This document shows, in pieces, positions 28,351-34,804 of a stretch of 64,000 bases of DNA. Position 1 is the stretch's first letter. Each line of letters begins with the position of its first letter. The DNA comes from a virus: the IMG/VR virus record IMGVR_UViG_3300010373_000001, positions 51,611 to 115,610 of that record. One strand, written 5' to 3'. The notes under the pieces are model-generated. The model was not told where the DNA came from. It saw nothing but the letters and a program-made list of their open reading frames with translations, and did not search any database. The translations under genes were made by a program, and so were the position numbers.

Positions 28351-28440
28351 TTGAGAAATAGAGTGAAGGACCGGCTTTTTAATCATTAAAGAGGTTGTCG
28401 TTTAATGGCGAGTAACCAACTGCCATCCTTTCACTCAGCG

Positions 28441-28514
28441 TAGCTCCCGAGGGATTCGAACCCATCACTGGCATGATCCTAAGTCATGTGCCTCTACCGT
28501 TGGGCTAGAGAGCC
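28441..28514 (-). tRNA. tRNA-Leu(TAG), short variable arm
   Basis: Cloverleaf; loop CT-TAG-GA. Confidence 0.88.
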
Positions 28515-28529
28515 GTATTTTATTTAAAG

Positions 28530-28613
28530 TTGCGGTTACTGGATTCGAACCAGTGAAGTCCGGGGACCACTGTTTTACAGACAGTTCGCTTTGAGCCGCT
28601 TGCATAAACCGCA
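28530..28613 (-). tRNA. tRNA-Tyr(GTA)
   Basis: Long variable arm; loop CT-GTA-AA. Confidence 0.9.
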
Positions 28614-28870
28614 TTGATGGCAGGTTTAGTCCTGATTATTATCAGGAACCTTTGCTGGGACTGGACTTATCCTAGGTTTGCCAGTTTACCAGACTAGAGC
28701 GGTGACTACACAGCCGACCGTCCTGCCTTGCCCGTCCTTTTAGTTTATCCGGAATATTAAAGAACCTTGATAGTCCGTAGCTATTTATTATTGTGCTAAG
28801 TCCTGAGTCGTGATTTAATTAGCACAAGCCTCAAGCGTTCGCTATCCGGGGATTCCGTCTTGCTGTGACC

Positions 28871-28899
28871 AGCATACCACAGGGGACCGCCCCTGTCAA
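28871..28899 (-). promoter_or_regulatory. SigA/HrdB-type promoter with palindromic spacer
   Basis: TTGACA-N17-TATGCT; ACAGGGG-CGGT-CCCCTGT dyad. Confidence 0.8.
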
Positions 28900-28923
28900 T
28901 ACCTAGCCGTTAAAAACTTTTAA

Positions 28924-29244
28924 TCAGCCGTTGTTAGAGCTAGCAATTAGGAACCAGCCATCCTGGTCAACTCTCACTGTCTGCGGAGAGTTAAGAGATG
29001 TGGTATCCAGTGCTGAAGGATTAATCTTCACCAGCCAGCCGCCAACCTTTGAGCTACCGCCACTGTCTACAATTGTGTCCTGTGCGGTGGATACGGTTAC
29101 CGGAAGAGAGTTAGCAATTCCGTTTAGGGGGGCGCCAGACGAGTTAATAAACAGCTTTGCACGCTGCTCCCCGTCAAGATAACCAGCTACGAACTGTCCA
29201 CCCGAAGATGTCAGTGAGCCTACTGCTACAAGTGATAGAGACAT
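28924..29244 (-). CDS. Hypothetical beta-rich protein, paralog of 25875..26351
   Basis: GGQFVAG...GGWLV...GWFLIAS. Confidence 0.6.
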   Translation of the reverse strand: MSLSLVAVGSLTSSGGQFVAGYLDGEQRAKLFINSSGAPLNGIANSLPVTVSTAQDTIVDSGGSSKVGGWLVKINPSALDTTSLNSPQTVRVDQDGWFLIASSNNG

Positions 29245-29306
29245 AAGATGTCCAATCTAGGTATGATCATACAATATTACACACCTAGTATATCATTTGA
29301 GCAGCC

Positions 29307-29420
29307 TTATGGTTTAGGGTGATATCCCTTGCACTTACAGAGTAAACAAGGGATATGGGTATCTTCCTGATCGTGATCGTCCCATGAATGTCCACACCAG
29401 CAAATCTCTACATACGCCAT
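29307..29420 (-). CDS. Cys/His microprotein, array copy 7 (37 aa)
   Basis: MAYVEICWCGHSWDDHDQEDTHIPCLLCKCKGYHPKP. Confidence 0.8.
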   Translation of the reverse strand: MAYVEICWCGHSWDDHDQEDTHIPCLLCKCKGYHPKP

Positions 29421-29549
29421 TTACGCCTCCGCAAAATCCTGGCAACCACATGCCCATGCACAAACATCACTCTTGAGAAGTGCATTGTAGTAATGATCCT
29501 CCCGAATATGTCCGCATGTACACATTGTCTTGTCGTAGTCTTTAGCCAT
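29421..29549 (-). CDS. Cys/His microprotein, array copy 6 (42 aa)
   Basis: MAKDYDKTMCTCGHIREDHYYNALLKSDVCAWACGCQDFAEA. Confidence 0.8.
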   Translation of the reverse strand: MAKDYDKTMCTCGHIREDHYYNALLKSDVCAWACGCQDFAEA

Positions 29550-29676
29550 TCCCGTACTTGCCTATAAAATTAGTACAACCACAGCAAGTACATGGGTACT
29601 TCAAAGTTGTGTGGCTATATTCATGATCTTCCCAGTAGTGCCCGCATAGGCACTGTGATCCATCGTGTAGCGGCAT
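29542..29676 (-). CDS. Cys/His microprotein, array copy 5 (44 aa)
   Basis: MPLHDGSQCLCGHYWEDHEYSHTTLKYPCTCCGCTNFIGKYGNG. Confidence 0.8.
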   Translation of the reverse strand: MPLHDGSQCLCGHYWEDHEYSHTTLKYPCTCCGCTNFIGKYGNG

Positions 29677-29801
29677 TAGTCAGCCCCCTTATAATTATTG
29701 CAAGGACAATAGATACATTCCATCTTACCTGATTCGGAATTGTACACATGATCCTCAAAATCATGATCACAGCGGCAAATCAGCGGCGGGACTGCGCTCA
29801 T
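29676..29801 (-). CDS. Cys/His microprotein, array copy 4 (41 aa)
   Basis: MSAVPPLICRCDHDFEDHVYNSESGKMECIYCPCNNYKGAD. Confidence 0.8.
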   Translation of the reverse strand: MSAVPPLICRCDHDFEDHVYNSESGKMECIYCPCNNYKGAD

Positions 29802-29923
29802 CGTGACCTCACAAAATTAGGGCATTCACAACGGCTGCATTCATAAGCCTGGGATGGGTTAAGCTGGTGTTCTCCAAATGTGTGACAGCACCTTTGGCAC
29901 TGTTCACTGATGTCAATAGTCAT
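29798..29923 (-). CDS. Cys/His microprotein, array copy 3 (41 aa)
   Basis: MTIDISEQCQRCCHTFGEHQLNPSQAYECSRCECPNFVRSR. Confidence 0.8.
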   Translation of the reverse strand: MTIDISEQCQRCCHTFGEHQLNPSQAYECSRCECPNFVRSR

Positions 29924-30048
29924 CGGTTGTTACTCGGCCTGTAGTTAGGGCAGTTACAGATTTCGCAAGGATATACTCCCGGTGTTTCAGAGGTAAGATG
30001 ATCCTCTTCCTCGTGACTGCAAACACATGCTGCAAATAGTTTAGGCAT
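29920..30048 (-). CDS. Cys/His microprotein, array copy 2 (42 aa)
   Basis: MPKLFAACVCSHEEEDHLTSETPGVYPCEICNCPNYRPSNNR. Confidence 0.8.
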   Translation of the reverse strand: MPKLFAACVCSHEEEDHLTSETPGVYPCEICNCPNYRPSNNR

Positions 30049-30192
30049 TTAAACCTCCCACGGTGCCGCAAGATCATCAGGAGGAAAGCGGAAATTAAAG
30101 CAGCCGCACTCCTGACACGGGGAACGCCGTGTCCACTTAGAATATTTGTGCTGTTCTTTAGTGTGATTACAAACACACTTTACTTCATCCAT
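30049..30192 (-). CDS. Cys/His microprotein, array copy 1 (47 aa)
   Basis: MDEVKCVCNHTKEQHKYSKWTRRSPCQECGCFNFRFPPDDLAAPWEV; RBS GGAGG. Confidence 0.8.
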   Translation of the reverse strand: MDEVKCVCNHTKEQHKYSKWTRRSPCQECGCFNFRFPPDDLAAPWEV

Positions 30193-30451
30193 TTACCCTC
30201 CCGAATACTGTCTGTAAATACACGCGGGACTGCTGTATAGCGAGCCATACGGCGCTTAAAGGTTTCCCACCAATCCATTAGCAGATGATCAATCCGCCCA
30301 GAAAGTAGCCTCCCCCGTATGTTATGTCAGATTTGACACTCTACAGCAGTCCAAAATTAAAGATCACTCGTTATCCCGTTATTGGCATTTAGGCTTCCCT
30401 TTAAATCAGGCTGAGCTACTTGCCGAAGGCGCTCTTACTAGAGTGATCTAG

Positions 30452-30526
30452 TCTGGATAGAGGGATTTGAACCCCCATTGTTCTTGGTCCCAAACCAAGT
30501 GCCATACCAAGTTAGGCGATACCCAG
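30452..30526 (-). tRNA. tRNA-Pro(TGG)
   Basis: C1-G72; loop TT-TGG-GA. Confidence 0.9.
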
Positions 30527-30529
30527 GTA

Positions 30530-30760
30530 ATCCCAGTCTCATTAAGGTTCGCTGGGCTGAACCTTTCAGTTCTGTTAACGGAAGCCGCACTGAAAAACGC
30601 CACATACTTTTATCCGAGGTGATATGCAACCTGTTATAACATGGCGGACGCTTCCCTAAGTAATTACTCAGAGGGAACATCCCAGTTTGCATCATTTTGA
30701 CAGCCTGTCTAGAATACTGTCACGATTTCGCGCCGGTCACTGGCCTAACAGCCTACGTCC
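30530..30760 (-). ncRNA. Candidate structured ncRNA (~230 nt)
   Basis: No credible ORF; consecutive hairpins and a 3' pseudoknot (loop CCCAG with downstream CTGGG). Confidence 0.5.
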
Positions 30761-30762
30761 AG

Positions 30763-30834
30763 TGGACCTATAGGGATTCGAACCCTAATGTACTTCGGTG
30801 CAAGCGAAGCGCTTCCCAGTCATGCCACAGGCCC
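30763..30834 (-). tRNA. tRNA-Ala(TGC)
   Basis: G3-U70; loop CT-TGC-AC; weak D-arm. Confidence 0.87.
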
Positions 30835-30846
30835 TTGGATTTTCTA

Positions 30847-31533
30847 TTATAACATATCAATACACTGTCTGCCCAGAAACTCTGTGTAGCAGGGTGGTAC
30901 TGATTCTGCCATTTCTTCTCTGGTCATCCATTCAGTGCCCATTATTTCTCGGGCTACTGCTACATAACCAACTCCGTGACGATTGTTACCGGATTTCTTT
31001 GGTGAATGCCCGGCCACTGTCACAGCATACGTTTTATGGTCGTGCGGTGCATCAGATTCTCTTAAATCAAGACTAGATTCGAAGTGACGATGCCTTCTCA
31101 GCACCACTTTTCCCCAGCCAGGCCACTCCGCATACCTATTAAACTGCGATCCACACAGATTTACCGGGTTTTCAAGCGGTGCTTGGGGCACATTCTCGAT
31201 AATATACGGGATTCCGATGAATTTCAGCCTTGATCTTACTTCTTCGATCAGATCAGGATATTTTTCCTGCAATCCTGGCCTGCAAGCTGCCATTTTTGAG
31301 TATCTTTGGCATGGTGGAGAAGCATGAATAAGGTCAAAAATGATCTTCCAGCCCTTATTTTTGAGCCAAATAAGGTGATCTAGCTCTTTTATCGCGTCTT
31401 TTTGCACAAAATTGAACGGATAGTTGCGCTGAGGAGCTATGTCTACCCCAACTACATCAAATCCTGCGTCAACATAGCCTTTAGAGGCACCACCAGCGCC
31501 GCAAAACAGGTCAAGAACTACTTTTTTCTTCAT
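30847..31533 (-). CDS. DNA cytosine-C5 methyltransferase (short form)
   Basis: LDLFCGAGG, ASPPCQ and IIENV motifs; start at ATG MKKK. Confidence 0.85.
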   Translation of the reverse strand: MKKKVVLDLFCGAGGASKGYVDAGFDVVGVDIAPQRNYPFNFVQKDAIKELDHLIWLKNKGWKIIFDLIHASPPCQRYSKMAACRPGLQEKYPDLIEEVRSRLKFIGIPYIIENVPQAPLENPVNLCGSQFNRYAEWPGWGKVVLRRHRHFESSLDLRESDAPHDHKTYAVTVAGHSPKKSGNNRHGVGYVAVAREIMGTEWMTREEMAESVPPCYTEFLGRQCIDML

Positions 31534-31548
31534 GTAGCCAGTATACAG

Positions 31549-31621
31549 TAGGCCACGTAGGACTTGAACCCACAACCAACTGTTAATAAGACAGGTGCTC
31601 TGACCATTGAGCTAGCGGCCC
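31549..31621 (-). tRNA. tRNA-Ile(TAT)
   Basis: Cloverleaf; loop CT-TAT-TA; A73. Confidence 0.82.
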
Positions 31622-31686
31622 TTGAAAAATGAAAGGTGTTCTGTGAATCTTCCAGTGCAATACTGGACGAATACATACGCACCTAG

Positions 31687-31760
31687 TACCCCTACTAGGA
31701 TTTGAACCCAGAACCAATTGATTAAAAGTCAACTGCTCTAAACCGTTGAGCTACAGGGGC
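31687..31760 (-). tRNA. tRNA-Lys(TTT)
   Basis: Cloverleaf; loop CT-TTT-AA. Confidence 0.92.
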
Positions 31761-31764
31761 TTAT

Positions 31765-32185
31765 GTAGGCCAATTTCACTCTTTGCGCTAAGAGCGAGGC
31801 TTGGCCAGACCTCCTATGTCTACAGGTATAGCCTTGGGACATAGTTCAAGGCAGTCATTAGATACGGCCAACGACCCAGAACCGGGCACCTTTTACGATA
31901 AGGTTACCAGTAAACGCCCATCTCGTCCTCAGGGTGGAGTCACGTAAACCTTAGTGACAAAGGATCAGACTTAATTAAGGGTGGAAATCTGACAGAGCAC
32001 CCCCGCCGTCACGTATCGGTCGGAACGTCCAGCTTTTTATGGAAAAACTTGGAATAAAAACCCTATCTGTCTCGTAGATAGCTACGTCCGCACCATAACC
32101 GGGTTACGAAAATCCGGCATCAACTTTCACAGTGTTGTATGAGACTGTCAGCATTTTTCTGGTTGGGATGCTAATAACCCAGATC
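31765..32185 (-). ncRNA. Candidate large pseudoknotted ncRNA (~420 nt)
   Basis: No ORF of 60 aa or more; many hairpins and three loop-to-downstream pairings. Confidence 0.55.
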
Positions 32186-32192
32186 TATTACG

Positions 32193-32265
32193 CGGTCCTT
32201 AAGGGATTCGAACCCTCGACCCTCCGCTCGACAGGCGGGCGCTCTAACCACTGAGCTAAAAGACC
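32193..32265 (-). tRNA. tRNA-Asp(GTC)
   Basis: Cloverleaf; loop CT-GTC-GA; G73. Confidence 0.9.
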
Positions 32266-32273
32266 TTGTTTAT

Positions 32274-32369
32274 TTACTTGTTAGGATGCGGACAATCACA
32301 ACCAGAACAGAGATTACACTGATCCACTTGACACGGGCCGCAAAGCCTCTTGCAAATTTTCCTTAACAT
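32274..32369 (-). CDS. Cys-rich microprotein (31 aa)
   Basis: MLRKICKRLCGPCQVDQCNLCSGCDCPHPNK. Confidence 0.6.
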   Translation of the reverse strand: MLRKICKRLCGPCQVDQCNLCSGCDCPHPNK

Positions 32370-32371
32370 AT

Positions 32372-32476
32372 TCATTTTAGTACTCCATTCGGATGATCGC
32401 AGAGGCAACCCTCTCCGCTGCACAGAATGCAGACACCACTATTACACGCATCACAGTAATCAGAATTTTTCTTCAT
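32372..32476 (-). CDS. Cys-rich microprotein (34 aa)
   Basis: MKKNSDYCDACNSGVCILCSGEGCLCDHPNGVLK. Confidence 0.6.
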   Translation of the reverse strand: MKKNSDYCDACNSGVCILCSGEGCLCDHPNGVLK

Positions 32477-32477
32477 G

Positions 32478-32551
32478 CACCTCTGGAGAGATTCGAACTC
32501 CCGACCGTCTGCTTAGAAGGCAGTTGCTACTATCCGCTGAGCTACAGAGGC
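32478..32551 (-). tRNA. tRNA-Arg(TCT)
   Basis: Cloverleaf; loop CT-TCT-AA. Confidence 0.9.
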
Positions 32552-32555
32552 TTAA

Positions 32556-32624
32556 AGTGAGCGCATTACCGCAATGCTATTTCCATCTTTATGATGGTAC
32601 GGAGTCGAACCGGCTTCTCTCACT
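32556..32624 (-). ncRNA. Free-standing circularly permuted tRNA mimic
   Basis: AGTGAG..CGG-TTCGACT-CCG..CCATC-ATAAA-GATGG..TA-GCAT-TGCGGTA-ATGC-G-CTCACT. Confidence 0.65.
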
Positions 32625-32765
32625 GTATTGTATTTTTCGCCTGTACCAAAATTGCCTAGGATTTGGGCCTTGGACGCGGCGGGAAGATATGGTTCTGCCA
32701 GAATCAGCCGCCGAAGATTCAGCCGTCTTTACGTGACAAGAGTGATCAACTCTCTTGTTGAACCG

Positions 32766-32838
32766 CGACCCCACCTGGATTCGAACCAGGAACCTACAGT
32801 TTAGGAAACTGTTATTCTATCCGTTGAACTATAGGGCC
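32766..32838 (-). tRNA. tRNA-Arg(CCT)
   Basis: Cloverleaf; loop TT-CCT-AA. Confidence 0.9.
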
Positions 32839-33030
32839 TTAAACGCCGTATTCACGACGCCACTGTCTGTTTTCACGATATCTCTGGCCGGATTTCCTGT
32901 GCTTGATGTAGTGCTTCCAGAGTCCATCATGACCCTGACAGCAATACCACCACCATCCACCCTGACGATTTCTCCTAGTTGCATTACCAAGCATAGCTGC
33001 CATATCGTCTCCCAGATTTCTTGGGTTCAA
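32839..33030 (-). CDS. Hypothetical small basic protein
   Basis: 63 aa ORF filling a tRNA spacer. Confidence 0.45.
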   Translation of the reverse strand: MNPRNLGDDMAAMLGNATRRNRQGGWWWYCCQGHDGLWKHYIKHRKSGQRYRENRQWRREYGV

Positions 33031-33033
33031 ACG

Positions 33034-33108
33034 TAGCCATTACAAGATTTGAACTTGTGACCTTTTACTTATCAGGTAACTGCTCTAACCAGACCGAGCT
33101 AAATGGCT
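33034..33108 (-). tRNA. tRNA-Ile(GAT)
   Basis: Cloverleaf; loop CT-GAT-AA. Confidence 0.9.
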
Positions 33109-33109
33109 T

Positions 33110-33186
33110 TGGAGCCGGGAGGTGGATTTGATACCACCACTATCTCCTCATTCTATAGAGGAACCTCTATCTTGGGCTACCCCGGC
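33110..33186 (-). tRNA. Atypical tRNA-like RNA with 8-nt anticodon and T loops and encoded CCA
   Basis: GCCGGGG/TCCCGGC-TCCA; TCCTC-TATAGAAT-GAGGA; GGTGG-TATCAAAT-CCACC. Confidence 0.7.
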
Positions 33187-33304
33187 GCGTTGGGTTGGTG
33201 GGAAAGTGGCCTGCACCTAGCTAGGGATTTTGAGTGAACGGTGTGGGCACAGATTAACTGTGCTTAATCCGACTTACCACTCGTACCTGCATTTCCCACC
33301 ACCG

Positions 33305-33377
33305 CACCGAATAAGAGATTCGAACTCCTAACACACGGTTCCGTAGACCGCTGCTCTATCCGTTGAGCTAATCCGGC
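33305..33377 (-). tRNA. tRNA-Arg(ACG)
   Basis: Cloverleaf; loop CT-ACG-GA. Confidence 0.9.
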
Positions 33378-33492
33378 ACAAAGTCGCAAGTTTTTAACCT
33401 TATCTTGCTTAAGGTTGCAATGTTTTAACTATATCTTGAATTCCGTTTTATATTTTTGGCGAATCGTTAGGAGCAACATTGCTTGTGCTCAG

Positions 33493-33568
33493 GGTGAATA
33501 GTGGGATTCGAACCCACGGTAACGCGGACCACAACCGCGCGCTTTGACCGGGCTAAGCTATATCCACC
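33493..33568 (-). tRNA. tRNA-His(GTG)
   Basis: G-1:C73; loop TT-GTG-GT. Confidence 0.92.
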
Positions 33569-33701
33569 GTGTTAAGAGAATTTCGTGCTTTCGTTACTGC
33601 TGTCCTATAGCTTTGGATTGGCCAGATCCTATGCGTACCAGCGCGAAACTACTAACCTTGATCCCAACACCCGTCAGGTATCTCTCTGTTGTCACGTTTC
33701 T

Positions 33702-33791
33702 ACGGGCGACTTTCCATTAGTCGAAGTTATCCAGAAGTTTTTTCAGCATGCATTTTACTTCCGGCACCGGAATCGAACCGGCATCTCCCGC
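33702..33791 (-). ncRNA. Free-standing circularly permuted tRNA mimic
   Basis: GCGGG-AGAT-GCCGG-TTCGATT-CCGGT, CCGGAAGT/ACTTCTGG capped acceptor, GACT-AATGGAA-AGTC-G-CCCGT. Confidence 0.65.
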
Positions 33792-33794
33792 TAG

Positions 33795-33866
33795 CAGGCA
33801 GTGTAGGATTCGAACCCACATCTCGCAGTTTTGGAGGCTGCTATTTTGCCGTTAAACTAACTGCCT
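33795..33866 (-). tRNA. tRNA-Trp(CCA)
   Basis: Cloverleaf; loop CT-CCA-AA; G73. Confidence 0.9.
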
Positions 33867-33870
33867 TAGA

Positions 33871-33996
33871 ATAGATCAGCCTACCTGCCTTAGAATATAC
33901 AACCGACCCCTGCTGTGCTCAGAAGAGCTAAAAGGCATCCACCCCTTGCAGCTACTCACCGCCAGTAGCCGCCCGCAGAATCCTCGGCTGATCTAT
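33871..33996 (-). ncRNA. Candidate structured ncRNA (~125 nt)
   Basis: 11-bp closing stem ATAGATCAGCC/GGCTGATCTAT with internal hairpins. Confidence 0.5.
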
Positions 33997-34045
33997 GATT
34001 ATTTTGTTTTCAAGCTTTCGTGTCTCTGTGTCTTGCTATGGCTAT

Positions 34046-34074
34046 AGCTTAGCACGTCCGGGCCTGTCTGTCAA
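34046..34074 (-). promoter_or_regulatory. SigA/HrdB-type promoter
   Basis: TTGACA-N17-TAAGCT with TG extension. Confidence 0.75.
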
Positions 34075-34186
34075 GCCCTCTGGCCGGGAAATTTCCCGGT
34101 GTCAGGCCGGTCAGACGTTACCGCAGGTCAGAGAGCCGGACAGGGGCTAAAATCACAGCAATACAGGACAAGATATTGTGTAATTC

Positions 34187-34693
34187 TTACTCCCTAACGT
34201 GTTTAGAAGAACCTCTTACGCGGAAAAACTCAGTTGGATGCCAGAATTGATTGGGATAATGCCACCAGACAGGCGCTCCGGTGTGTAATGCACCATAGGT
34301 TCTGCCTCTTCCCGCAACTAATTCGACGTGACCGCTACCGTAGAAGGCCAGATCTCCCTTTCTGATGTTATGACGGGAAATTCTCTTCAGCAGTGGCGAA
34401 TCTATCATATCAAAAGTGGTTCTGGGAAGGTGAATTCCCTCTTTTAGATATGCTTTGTAAACTAATCCGGAGCAGTCGAAGCCTACTGGCCCTATTCCGC
34501 CCCAGATATAAGGCTTTCCTTTTTGTTTCTCTGCCCAGATGTAGGCTGCATGGTGCTTAGTTATGATCTTAAGCGTACTAGCAGCCGCCACCACAGCAGG
34601 AGACAGCAGGAAAATTACTAATGCACAAGTTAAAGCTGTCCATAATCGGCGCATCAATTTCCTTTTTAGATAACGAAAGGCCCCTACAAGCAT
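34187..34693 (-). CDS. NlpC/P60 cell-wall peptidase
   Basis: GKPYIWGG, GFDCSGLV, LPRT, GDLAF and HV motifs; signal peptide; true start probably MRRLW. Confidence 0.9.
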   Translation of the reverse strand: MLVGAFRYLKRKLMRRLWTALTCALVIFLLSPAVVAAASTLKIITKHHAAYIWAEKQKGKPYIWGGIGPVGFDCSGLVYKAYLKEGIHLPRTTFDMIDSPLLKRISRHNIRKGDLAFYGSGHVELVAGRGRTYGALHTGAPVWWHYPNQFWHPTEFFRVRGSSKHVRE

Positions 34694-34721
34694 AAAAACA
34701 TGCTTTCAGGGCCTCCTAGCG

Positions 34722-34792
34722 CTGGAGAAGCTGGATTCGAACCAACGTTACAAGGGCCAAAACCTTGTGTCCTGCCGTTAAACGATTCTCCA
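34722..34792 (-). tRNA. tRNA-Gln(TTG)
   Basis: U1-A72; loop TT-TTG-GC. Confidence 0.9.
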
Positions 34793-34804
34793 TAGAGTAT
34801 TCAG

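Noticed and set aside
28619-28727. Minimal RNase P RNA (AGGATAAGTCC resembles GAGGAAAGUCC)
   Set aside because: Too short, and it lacks the conserved 3' ACAGAA..CGGCUUA partner of helix P4.
29913-30176. 87-aa minus-strand ORF in the track
   Set aside because: Out of frame with the two motif-bearing microprotein ORFs that explain this DNA better.
31765-32185. tmRNA
   Set aside because: No Ala-type acceptor stem, T-arm or tag reading frame was found despite the pseudoknots.
33581-33648. Hammerhead ribozyme
   Set aside because: GAAA is present but the CUGAnGA core is missing.
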